From: Selaginella moellendorffii
Lineage: Eukaryota; Plantae; Lycopodiophyta
NCBI RefSeq assembly: GCF_000143415.4
Contig: NW_003314273.1
Location: 2,418,719 to 2,482,718, forward strand
DNA length: 64,000 nt
Direction: 5' to 3'
Shown here: positions 37,880 to 49,644 of the stretch, in pieces
Layout: every line of letters begins with the position of its first letter
Numbering within the stretch: the stretch's first letter is position 1
Made by a program: the position numbers and the translations under genes
The notes under the pieces: generated by a model
Told to the model about the DNA's origin: nothing
The model's input: only the letters and a program-made list of their open reading frames with translations
The model's database searches: none

Positions 37880-39760
37880 TCGTCAAGAAAGTCGGCCATG
37901 CGCGCGGATTATCCTGAACTAGCTTCTAAAATCGACTTAAGAGATTTGCTAGGAACCTCCGTTTGCCTTGAGGCCAATATGCACTCGATTTGAAGTGTGA
38001 TATCCCCAGCTTTGTAGTCAGATCCGCTACAACTGCTCCCAAGAAATGGGATCCTCGATCCGAAAGATGGAACACCAAAACGACAACAAATGTTATTGTA
38101 AAGAAAATTTACCTTGGTTTGCTGGTCGGCACAAGATCTAGCCTCCGCCCATTTTGTGATGCTATCAGTCACCCCAATAATATAAGCATGACGATTAAAA
38201 GCCGCCCCGAATAGCCCAAACTCCAGCGCGTAAAGGGATCCTCCGGCTCAATATGGTGCAGAGGAAGCTTATCTAAGTTTTTTTCTTGTGGACGAGATGT
38301 TATATCGGCGTCATGAAGATACTGCGTTGCGTTGGTGAGGAGGAGGCTGCACAGATCCTAGCCGCAGCACACAACAGTGGAGGTCTTTCGCAGCGATGAA
38401 CACGAGCAAGATAATTCTGTGAGCTGGATATGGCCTACGTTGTACAGACAGGCTCTGCAGCATTGCCACTCTTGTCCACGGTTTCAAGCAGTCGTGTCCA
38501 ATGATATCCTGTATCGCCTCGGAGAATTTTAAGCAAATCCTCATACCAAGGACATTAAACTAGGAAGACTGGACTGGTGGTTGCTGAGCCGCAAGCTGAT
38601 CATTCGGCGCACATAGTGATACTATGAACGTGGGATCCACGTTCTTGTTCTTGTTGGTCAACAACTTGGAGTTGAAGGATCCAGTGTGCGTGTTAGCCCT
38701 GTAGTACTGGTCTACTCAGCAGATAAGAAAGCCGGAATGTGAAGCCGGAATCTTCGATCTCAAGTAATGGTGAAGCTTTTGAAAAGCAAAAGCGATGGCC
38801 ATGCACTAACGACCAAATCGAAATTTCGCCAGCTCCGGCTCTCAAGATTTCGACCAGTAATATAAAGAGCCGACAGTGCTATCGAGGAGGAGGCACGTGA
38901 AGTACCTTGACATAAAGCGATATTGATGATCTCCTGATGTACAACCACAAAGAGGTGGAATTGTTGAGTGAAATCTAGTGGCTGAAGCGCAATAGAAGAG
39001 CATCGTTCATATGCTTGTTGACACATAAAGAGAGCAGAAGATCGTAAAAGATTATAAAGCAACTTGGGAATATTAAGGGGAAATGGAGCATAGTAAAGTT
39101 GCTCAATCTTGGGCTTATATATCTCAATTCCATGAGCACTAACAAGGTGTCCCACTAGTTCCGTCAGAAACAAAAAACTTGGTGGAGTTGACTGATACGA
39201 ATATCATGAGAACTCCCAGTCACAAGATCATCCATATGAGTCGTGGAATGTGAATACCATAAGACGTTGAAAAGATGCAGGAGCGTTCATAAAATCTTCA
39301 AGGTGTCTGGAAAACGGCCTTCAGTTGATCTGGATTTGATTGTAGCCTGAGTAAAGGAACATCATGAATATCCAGAATAAATAGAATAGTCACGAATAGT
39401 CGCAAATGCGTATGTTGCCATTAGCTTTACGTATTGGAACAATGGAAGATACTTAGTCAGCCACCTCCATAGGACAGATAAAAATAAATTGAAGGAGTTA
39501 CAATTCTTGCTTGACAAGCGGCTCCAACATGGGATTGATCTTGCAAGCTGGTTGTTGAACCAGGACATGCCTTAGATGTAGAATAACGCTGGGATCCACA
39601 CCTTTCAAGTCGTGATAGTACATCCAAGAACTCTCGAAAAAGAGACTCCAGTGAGCTTTGTTTGTCAGTCGTAAGTGCGTTTCCAATATAGAGCGGCTTG
39701 GAGACTGTGATATCCGAGTTGTAATAACTCAGGATGAATTCAAGAGCTCAGAGAGATGAC
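37880..39760 (-). mobile_element. Eroded Ty3/Gypsy pol relic (non-chromovirus, Athila/Tat-like)
   Basis: DLKGVDPSVILH; YSGYNQI and MNAPASFQRLM (RT); GHLVSAHGI; TKWAEAR...FLYNNICCRFGVP (integrase). Many deletions. Confidence 0.75.
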
Positions 39761-40474
39761 TATTCAAAACTTTGTAAACAACCACAAACTTGACAGGCCC
39801 ACAGCTATCAGTCTGATCGTATATGTAAATTGGATATGCTGGATAACAAAGATGGTGGTGCAATATTCAACTTTGTTAGAAGGTTCCTTCCCCAACAAAT
39901 GATAATGAGAATATAACTTATCCAGAGGAAAATAATAAAACTTCTGATAGTAGAAGAACAGGAGAAGAAAGTGAACCGAATCCACAATGTCAATTCCAAT
40001 AATTCTAGTGGATATGCCTAAAATATACTTGGATTAGATTTATATTTATAGTTTATAAATATGTTTATATTTTATAAACTTTCCTAAACACTTCCTAATT
40101 TAAATTAATTTTTTGTTTATAAATTATAAATATTTTATAATTATTGATCAATTGGATTTATAAATAATAATAAATAAGAAGTAAATCAAGTGTTTTATTT
40201 TTCCTTGCTAAAAAATCATCATTCTATAAAGTTAAATTTCAGGCCATAAAACTCTCCTCGCTTGTATTCCCGTGATTTCCATCGGGAAATCATCCAGCTT
40301 AGCATGGGAGCCGTGCGATTGTTCTTCTACCCTCCACAAACTTCCACTCATACTTTCCTTCCATCAGAATAAACACAAACGTGAATGTCAATTCCTGACT
40401 GTCATGTCCATCGTGTTTTTTTTCACGCTTCTCGCATTGTCTGCTATCAGAGAGATTCACACCATAGTGATCTA

Positions 40475-41105
40475 CACAGGGTCAATGTCTATCCATGCAT
40501 GAAGGATGGTGAAGGGGATAAGGAAGACAAAATCCACGTTGGTTGTCGATTCAGACGCAAAATTCTATTGCTTGAAGCTTGCGTGGAGATTTTCATCAAG
40601 TAAATTCATTTTCCATGTTTCCGTTCACAGATGCCTTGTAGCTGTGTGGGACTAGACAAAGTGGCTACCATGCTTCGCAGGAGAAATTTGTACAAAGACT
40701 TAAATCCTTCCAATTTTCCATTCTTCTTGTGGTGATTGAGCCGGACTAAGATCTTCTCACGGCCATGGCGGTGGTGCTCATGGTATGCTTGGATTCACGT
40801 GGTCTTGGGGCCCGTTGGTGTGGCTGGTCGCCAGCGAGATCTTCCCAGTCGAGGTTCGCTCCACCGGCCCAGAGCATGACCGTGTGTACCAATCTCTTTT
40901 CACTTTCGCCATGGTCCTTCCTCAAGTATAGAACTCTCATCCTTTTCACGGAACTCCTCGTCCCCATGACGCTCTTTGCTTCATTGCTTCCGCCCGAGAC
41001 CAAAGGAATTCCAATCGAAGAGATGAGTGGGTTGTGGAAGAGGCATTCTGGAAGAAATTTGTATAGCAGAGAAAAAAAAGAACAGGATTGACTATGTCAA
41101 GCCCT
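40475..41105 (+). pseudogene. Inverted pseudogene fragment of the adjacent STP sugar transporter (3' part)
   Basis: RFRRKILLLEA, MAVVLMVC and LLPPETKGIPIEEMSGLWKRH match 43505-44130 in the opposite orientation, with frameshifts. Confidence 0.88.
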
Positions 41106-43129
41106 TGACTAACATTTTGCAATTTTTGTTGACTCAAAACTCATTCATGTTTTCAGTTTGAGTTTTTTCAAGATCTCTAATGTACTTAAGAAAATTTGTA
41201 AATATAATTTTATTCACACACTATATTTTTGTAAGTAAAGTCTCGATATTTGTTCAACAGAATATAATACAATATATATCTAAACTTGAGTCAATGTTGT
41301 GGTTATAGATTACTATCTAAGTTGTTAAAACAAAAATCAATTCACATTTAGTATTTCTATGAGAAATCTGTGATTATGATCCTCTCTGTCGCTCGAGACA
41401 TTAAAGCTTAAATACAATGTTTTGGTTTAGTCATAAAAACAATTTACAAATCCTAAACCACTAGTATTTCTATTGCAATTCTTTTAAGGAAACCCTTTTC
41501 ATGCTTATTATTGAAAATTTACTATTAATAATTTATTTTTGAGAAAGTGAGGAAATACGAGTGTACTTTGGTGTTCAACACAAATCCATTTAAATTTTGT
41601 AATAAGCAAAACTGTTAATTATGTTTAAGAATATTCTTGGTATATTATCATTCTAGAGTGATGGGATCATGTTGTAATCATAAAAAGTTTTACATTTTAA
41701 CATTTATACCAATAAAAAATTCCTAAAACTCTGTGAAGATTTATTTATGTGTGATTCAGATTGTGATTAATGATTGTGATTTTATGATTCATATTCCATT
41801 TATGATTCATATATGTGATTCAAATTGAACCAATATTTTGGCCATCTTTTCCAAGACAAGACCATGAGTGTTTGTCTTGTTTTCCAGCTTACCTTAATAA
41901 ATATTCAAATTCTGCAAGAAAAATATATTAGTATAATTTTTTTATATATACAAATTCTGCAGAAAAATATAGTTATCTCACCTTAAGTAATAGTTTCTTC
42001 ACCTTTTCAATCCAATGGTTTATGATTGTGATTTTCTGGTTCTTCTCTAATTCATTTGTAATTTTCTTTAAATATTATAAACTAATCTTAATATTCTAAA
42101 AACTAGACTAAGCTATCAAGCCTTTTTTATCCATCAATATAGCTTGTTGTTAACAGCAAGATAAACCAAGACTTATTGTAAAGGGTATTAAATTATTTAT
42201 TCTAACAAAAAGCTCTTGACAGTAATTTAAAAGTATAGAGTAGATTATAATATAAATGTTAAAGTAGCATATATAAATTTTGTGAGTGCATGGAATATGA
42301 AAATAAAATACAGAAATATACATATTAATTAACCTGAAAACCTTAACTTATATATAGAAGCAAGTGGTCCAAATTAAAACTAATCCAATAGTTATCAAAA
42401 TCTCAGTATACTAATATTAGTATTTGACATCATAACTGTACACTTGAACTTCAAATCATTCCCTTCTTTTAAAATGATGGAAGACAATCAAAGTTCTTTA
42501 ATGGATGGGCAAGATCTGGAAGAATATCAGGAGGAAGTATTAGTTAATTTGTAAGTGGTGTTTGTTTTTCATAGCCACTGCATATGCACAATTTTTAGAG
42601 GATTAACTTGTTAGATGTTATATTAAAATTTATAAACTTATGGTTTAACTTGCCATAACACTTAATATGATCCCTTTCACTAAGCAAAAAACTCTTTAGA
42701 CAAATCACAAAGCATAAGATTAGGAAACTAAATTAACACTAAATCATCACTTTGTATTCCATATATGGATAGTTATAATGCCATTGTTGTCCCATTTTTA
42801 CATGACCTAAATTTTTAGTAGATTTTGTTTGGATCAGTAAAAAAATGTTTGGCAAATAATAATCCCAAAACCTAAGATCCGCAGCTTGTTGCAATTGCAA
42901 AAGTAAACTCAACTTTGTTAGTAATATAAAATCATAATAATATAATAGTTTATATGGTGAAATATCAACAGAACTTTACACCCCTATGACATACACATAT
43001 TGAAGAAACAATAAATAATTATCCTAATCCAAATGCTAAAGTTTTATATACTTTATAATCATCCCTTTAAAGGTCCAAACTAGCTATTCAACCAGTTATA
43101 TTAAACTCACACTATAGTATTTATTGGAC

Positions 43130-43405
43130 TCATTATCAGACTACCACTGCAAATGAAAAGATCTAGCATATTTCCTCCACTAAACCTCTACTATCATCAT
43201 TTTGGAGGAAGATTGGTGCGGCTATGCTAGCAGTACTCTCCCTTGAGCAGTCCTTTTGTTGCATTGTCTCCAGAAACATAACACTTCATAGGTTCTTGGA
43301 GAGAAGTCCTTCTCTTTGAATTCAGCAGTGTCTAGCTCGAGACAATGCAACCCATGCTCTCATTCTGACCAGAGCAATGCCATTGAAGGGGGATCACCCA
43401 ACTGT
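43130..43405 (-). pseudogene. Degenerate copy of MATE exon 1
   Basis: Colinear matches to 36547-36915, e.g. CCTTGAGCAGTCCTT, TTGTCTCCAGAAAC, GCTCGAGACA, CAGAGCAATGC. Confidence 0.75.
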
Positions 43406-43551
43406 AGAGTTCTAGGTGATTTTGATCACTGTTTGACCACTAAAAGATTTTAAACTTAACAGCCTCGAACTGAATCATATATTATGCCCATTGAATTCAG
43501 TCAAGGGATTGACTTAGTCAAAGTCAATACTGTTATTCTCTTTTTTCTCTC

Positions 43552-45246
43552 TTATACAAATCTCCTCCACAACCAGTGCCTCTTCCACAAGCCACTCATC
43601 TCTTCGATTGGAATCCCTTTGGTCTCGGGCAGCAGCAATGCGGCAAAGAGCGTCATGGCCACGAGGAATGCCGCGAAAAGGATGAAAATTCCATACTTGA
43701 GCACGCACAGCATGGAGAGGAAGGACTGCGCCATGGCGAAAGTGAACAAGAGATTGGTGCACACGGTGATGCTCTGGCCGGCGGAGCGAACCTCGAGTGG
43801 GAAGACCTCGCTGGCGACCAGCCACGCCAGAGGACCCCAAGACCATGCAAATCCAGAGATGAACAAGCACACCATGAGCACCACCGCCATGGCCTGCATT
43901 GGCGTGAGAAGATTCACCGAGTCTTTTAGTCCGAGGCCGAGAAGAATCGCAATCCCCACCTGCAAGAAGAATGGATCCATAAGAAAAACTGGATTTTGGA
44001 AACTTGAGCTTACTTGAGCGATGAAGAGCTGCACGCCAGCTTCGAGCAAGAGAATTTTGCGTCCGAATCTATCCACGACCACCATGGAGATGATGGTGCA
44101 AACTGCGTTGATCCCGCCGATGACCACCGTCGAAACCAGTGAGGCATTGCTGCCAAATCCTACAGTCTCGAACAGCACCGGCGAGTAGAACATGATAGCG
44201 TTGATTCCACCAGCTTGCTGGAAGAACTGGAGGCAGATCGCGCAGATGAGCGGCGGCAAGTTTTTCTTCCGGATGATGTCCCGGAACGGGTTCTTGATCA
44301 AGCTGGAAGCCACGCCAACTTCGACGAGATCGTTAAACTCTTCCTCCACTTGGTCGGTTCCCCGGATCTTCTCGAGCACTTGCTTCCCTTGAGTCAAGTA
44401 GCCGCGCTCGATCAGACTGTTTGGCGTTTCCGAGAGCACGAAGCTCCCGAGAGTGAGAAGAAGTGATGGGATCCCTCCCAGAGCAAAGGACAGCCTCCAT
44501 CCCCACGGATATGCTGCCGTGAAGTAGTTTACCAAGTTGGCGATGAGGATCCCGGTCGTGATGTTTAGCTGGAAGAGAATGTTAAGTCCTCCACGCAAGT
44601 GTGGCGGCGCAACCTCTGAAAGATAGAGTGGAGTAGCCTGCGAAGAACAAACTCTCGATCGATCAGATCAGCCTTGGAGAGGAAATAAGATCGAAGGAAA
44701 ACGCTCACCTGGTTTCCAAAACCAATTCCACAGCCAAGGAAGTCGCGACCGATGATGAGCATGGGAAGGCTTTGAGCTCCAGCATTGAGGACAGTCCCCA
44801 CGAGATAGAAAATCCCAGCGATGAGCATCGTCGGCTTTCTCCCCAGGTTCCTCGTCGTGTAGGACGCCCCAAACGTGGAGATCAATCCCACAACATAGGT
44901 CGAGGACGTGAAAAGCTGAAGAAGCTGGTCATTGTACCGGCAGTAATTCCCGGATCCGCTGCTGCCTTTCGATGGATCGCGGCTGATCGACGGGAAGAAC
45001 TTCGCCAGGAAAACTTTCATTGCCGACACACCGCCTGGAAATCGAGATCGACCGATCAGCCAAAGGAGATTTTAAGGATCTTGCGATCGATCACTCACCA
45101 GAGATGCCGATCACATAGCCAAACATGAGGCCGCTGCTGGCAGCGATGACGCAGGCGATCAAGACGCTGGATGTGAATTTCTTCTTCTCCCTCTTGATGA
45201 GCTGTTCTTCGCATCCTTCCAGCGTTCTTCCCTGGTCGTCCGCCAT
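43552..45246 (-). CDS. Sugar transport protein (STP/MST hexose transporter, STP13-like), 4 exons
   Basis: FLAKFFP, NYCRYNDQLLQLFTSS, GRKPTML, PLYLSEVAP, QFFQQ.GINAIMFYSP, DRFGRK, WSWGPL.WL..SEVFP, PETKG. Introns at about 45098-45035, 44709-44638 and 44033-43960. Confidence 0.93.
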
Positions 45247-45427
45247 AACCAAAACCTCGATCAAAATAAACTTTTTTTCCAGCTTTATATTCCCGCTAAA
45301 TGGATAACGCTTACTAAAAATATCCGGGCATATTTTCTGTGATCCGATTCTTGGAATATGCTGCCTTTTTCTTTTTTACTGGCAACGGCTTTCTAGGGTT
45401 TATGCTCGGGGTCGAGGATTTTGGAGC

Positions 45428-46591
45428 ATGGCGGACGGGCCCTCTCGATCCGTGGTGATATTCGGCGATGGATTCCTGCCGCACGTCGCCGCGCAGCACT
45501 CGAATCTCCATTCTCTGGCATCCGATGGCTGCTGCGGGTTTCTGGCGCTTCGATCGCCGGGTAAGCGCTTGTGATTTTGCTTTCCCCTCCTCCTAGCATG
45601 TAGAAACAAGAAATTCTTGATTTCAGCAGCTGCTTCCGATGGAAATCGAAGCGCCGAGGCTTTGATCCAGCTGCTCGATCTCTACGATGCTTACAAGGTG
45701 GCATTTTCTTTATGGAGATTTTTTTTGTGTTCTTATGCCTTCTGTTCTACTCTAATCAGGAGGGCAAGGGCTTCCAGACTGTGTCTGAAAGGTAATAATC
45801 TTCGCAAAGGTGTCTATACTTTTTTTGTTGCTATCTTCTTTCAGATTTATGGGAATGAATGCAGCACTCGTGACGAATTCCGAGCAAGCCGTTGCTGTTG
45901 GCAGTAAAGCAGGATTCGTCGTTAGTCGTTTCCAAGACTTGCATGAAGGAATTGGTGCCGAAGATATGCCTTCTAAATTTCTAGGCATGGTTGGAGTTGG
46001 CGACTCCGCGGGAGGAAAGCCTTTCGACTTGCTTTTCCTACACTTGGTGGCTGACAACGATCTGGAAAAGTCGCCAGCAATTTCTACGGAGTGGATGGAT
46101 TCTCTGGTTGGGAAACTGAAGAACGCTCCTGCAAAGAATCTCCTCCTGGTGCTTATTCTTGGGTACGGGAACGCTCTTTCTGAAGTGGAAATCCCCGAGC
46201 TCATCGATCAGCAGCTACGTCAGCTTCGTCCACGGCAAAGCTACTCAATCAAAGGCGGAAAACCTGTAGAGGACATAAGGTAATGTTTTTGTTCGTTTTG
46301 CTTTTTCTTTCTTTCTTTTTTAATCTTTCTAACGACAAAAACATGTTTCTGGCAGCAAAGATTGTTCTCTTCTAGCGGTTTTTCACCAAAAGGCAGTGAC
46401 ACGTAGAGACCACTGCACATGTCTTCAGCTCGGAGAGTTTCGCCAGGTACCGTGTGCCTGTTGCGTTTTATTAAGTGTTCTAACGGCGTGTTTTTTTATG
46501 TCAGAAATGCGGGAATCTCACAATTCTGGCAGACAGGTTCCTTCATGAGGTTGCTTTTAAGCTTTGGAAAGCACCAAAGTATGGTGCATAA
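45428..46591 (+). CDS. Conserved uncharacterised plant protein, multi-exon
   Basis: Exon 1 MADGPSRSVVIFGDGFL...LHSLASDGCCGFLAL; QLLDLY; RFMGMNAAL; LRPRQSY; C-terminus EVAFKLWKAPKYGA*. GT-AG introns. Confidence 0.75.
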
Positions 46592-47878
46592 GCCGTCGAG
46601 GCGAGGGGCTTTGTAAATGGCAACGGTGAGGTAATGTCTGCGTTACCGTTTGCCAAATATAAAGGAGCCGATTGCTTGTCAACGAACAATCACAGCTCCA
46701 GTTCTTAATTCTAATGACATGTACTCAGATCTTGTGGCAATGATTGTAAAGGTGAGGCTTGTTTCAAGACCCTTTTGACGACCTCTAGGACGATTGGGCG
46801 TTTATCTACAGAAGGGCCGACCCTGCAGAGCTCAGAGATTGCTTGCTGGACTTGTGCAGGAATTTTAGAAGGCTTGTTTGAAAAAACAGACCTCAACGAG
46901 CACGTTTGATTCAGGTACCAGTTGTTTTAAAAGAAATCCTCAGTCTGTTGTTTGTGCTGCGAAGGCCTTGCAGAGTGGAGGAAAGCATGCGGCCACACAC
47001 ACGTCTTGCAGCTTCCGGATATGATCGACGACAAGCCTAGTGAAGCTATTTTCTTTTCCGCTCTGCAACTTTGAATATGGGCGTAGTTATCATACTTTAG
47101 CTATGAATTTGAACAGGAAGCGCTTACTCCACACAGCCTTGAGATGAGACAAGCTGTCGACAGCTCTTGAGCACGCATGCACGGAAACGAAGCGATCGGG
47201 CATCAAGAATATCATTGTTGCAGGGCAGTAAACAAGTACAGCGGCCTGTCTGCGGTGCCTTTCTATCTCTCAAGCTCAACCAAGATGTTTCACCGGGGAG
47301 CCGATCGCGTTCCTTCGCTTTTTTATTCAGTTGGGAAGCCAGGTGAGGAAATTCCTCGCAATCCATTTTCTTTCAGTTTTTCCCTGGAACATGGGGGTTT
47401 TTAACATTTTTTTTGCAATTTTCATTTTCTATCGCAGGCAAGTCACGATGCTGCAAATTGGAGTGAAAGAGAAATTTAGAGGAAGAAGCTGCCGCTGGAA
47501 GAAGTTCAGTGACATAGTATCTGATGCTGACCAAAAGAGGGGAAAAGACACATCCGTATCTGATCCCGATCATCGGGTATCCAAGGTGACGTTGGATTGG
47601 ACACACTGGGACGACAGTAACAACAACGCTAGACAGCCAAGAGCTCTCGATCGATTTGCCGGAAACGTCAGCACTGGAAGGGGTTATTTGAGAAAGCTTC
47701 CAAGCTGCTGGCTGGAACGCTAAAAGGAAAATGATGGCACAGGAGGGTGTGACACAGGAGAAGAATGAAAATCATGACGGGGTGGGGAGCAGTGATCAAA
47801 GTCTTCAGCTGGAGCAACCGATGAAACTGGGCGACCCGAGCAAGAGGAAGTTAAAACGAGGAAAGAAGAAGATATCTG

Positions 47879-48754
47879 TCAGAACGGCGGTCGGTTCCCG
47901 GCAGCGGCCCACGCGAGAACATCGGGAGGAAGCTGGCAATTGGCTAGAGGATTCTGAGCGAGGTTGAACAAGGCCATGCTGCATGGATCCGAGGTGACTC
48001 CGGAAGCCGCCGACACATTATTACTCGCAACCTGGTTGGGGTCCTCGTCCTCGAGCGGAAGTCGATCATAAGTCGCACCAACGAAAGAAGCGGCGATGAC
48101 GAGCACTGGACTTGCAGCCATTAGAACTCCCACGACGCTGCCTCCCAGGACTTGACCGGGCTGCGATCCAGCCAAGGCCACAGTGAGTCCAGCCACGGCT
48201 ACAGGCGCGGGAGGAGGCAGGAAGGCTCCGGACAGGGACAGTATCTCGAAGCGGCCATGGAAGGTGACGGTGGAACCGGGTGCTGCGAGCTGCCGCAGCG
48301 TGACATTGGCGACAGTACCGCTACCGCCCAGCACGCAGAGCCCGCGCTGCCTTCGTCTAGCAAATGCGGCTAGAGTCTCTCCAACGTCGCATCCGCCGGC
48401 AATCTCCAGGACGTGCGGACGCATGGCATTGCCGCTGTCGCGGGTGATGATGATGGGTGGCTTGGGCTTGTTCTTGGAGCCGGGTGGCCGGCCACGGGGC
48501 TTGCGGACAATCTCCCCGGCTCCCATCCCGCCGCTGCTACTGGTGGTGGCCGCCGTCTTCAAGTTCTTGTTGTTACCGCGGGACTTGTCGATGGTGGTGG
48601 GGGTGGTGATTCCTCCCGGACCTCCTCTTCCGGGGCCGCTGCTGTTACTGTTCTCTTCCTCGGAGGTGCCGGCCTGGGCCAATGGTAGCGGGCTTACAAA
48701 CTGGTGGTGGTGGTGGTGATGCTGGTGGTGGTGACCGTGAAGGCCAGGATCCAT
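47879..48754 (-). CDS. AHL: AT-hook motif nuclear-localized protein (clade A AHL, intronless)
   Basis: AT-hook [17 protein letters not shown] followed by a PPC/DUF296 domain (MRPHVLEI...[10 protein letters not shown]...GQVLGGSV...AASF). His-run at the N-terminus. First ATG at 48754. Confidence 0.95.
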   Translation of the reverse strand: MDPGLHGHHHQHHHHHHQFVSPLPLAQAGTSEEENSNSSGPGRGGPGGITTPTTIDKSRGNNKNLKTAATTSSSGGMGAGEIVRKPRGRPPGSKNKPKPPIIITRDSGNAMRPHVLEIAGGCDVGETLAAFARRRQRGLCVLGGSGTVANVTLRQLAAPGSTVTFHGRFEILSLSGAFLPPPAPVAVAGLTVALAGSQPGQVLGGSVVGVLMAASPVLVIAASFVGATYDRLPLEDEDPNQVASNNVSAASGVTSDPCSMALFNLAQNPLANCQLPPDVLAWAAAGNRPPF

Positions 48755-49613
48755 GCTCTTACATGCCAGCAACCGGGTGCCGGGATGGAAATCTTGACTG
48801 GCTCCCTGTCGAGAGGGAATTACTGCTCATCTACTCGACCGACACTAGTGACTTCGGCGCTGGTAACAGGACCAGATCTGATCTGATCTCGGCCAATTCT
48901 TGCCTCCTGCTCAAGCGAAACTGCAGTACAGCGATCGAAGGTGAGAGAACTCTCGCAGAAATCTCTCATTTTCTTTTCTTATTCTTTCTAAAATGCTTGC
49001 TCACCCTCTTTCAGTTTCCCTGTTGGAAGATATCAATTTGGACGACGCGAGTCCGCTTGACGCACAGTGGTATTGGCCCGGCAGCGCTATTTTCTAAGCC
49101 CAGTGGAGCAACATGAGATGGGGAAAAATAAGCAACAAAGGCAGCCAGCAATCTCCCCGGCAAAGACACTGATGACGTCGATCGAGCAGGCTTAGTGACG
49201 AAGAGACATAGATAAAAGAGTAAGCAGCAGGAGCAGCAGCAGCAGCGGCAACAGCAGCACCAACAGCAGCATCAAGGGAATAGCCAGCAGCAGCACCAGC
49301 AGCGGCAGCACACAACAAGAAGCAGGAGAAGAAGTAGAAAAGAAAGGGAGCAAGGCAGACCCACCAAGGGAGAGGCAATCTGGAGCCAAAAAAATTGCGG
49401 ACACAAGATTTGCGAGGCACCTCCCAGGGGATATTAAATTGGCAGAATAGAGCCGAGCTCGGGGCCGGGGCAAAAGAGCGATGCCACACACACTTATCTT
49501 AGCAGCGCTGGTGGTGCGAGACGACGAGCAGTGGTGATTGAGAAAACAAAGACGAAACAAAGGGAATGGGGGGTCGACGAAAATACTAAACAAGTGAGCT
49601 TATGGACTGGGAG

Positions 49614-49638
<25 letters not shown>
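49614..49638. repeat. (GA)n microsatellite upstream of AHL; CAG-rich tract nearby at 49223-49325
   Basis: Direct reading. Confidence 0.9.

Positions 49639-49644
<6 letters not shown>

Noticed and set aside
40732-40746. TGATTGAGCCG, resembling the 5' end of miR171
   Set aside because: Only 11 nt match, no precursor hairpin was seen, and it lies within the STP pseudogene.
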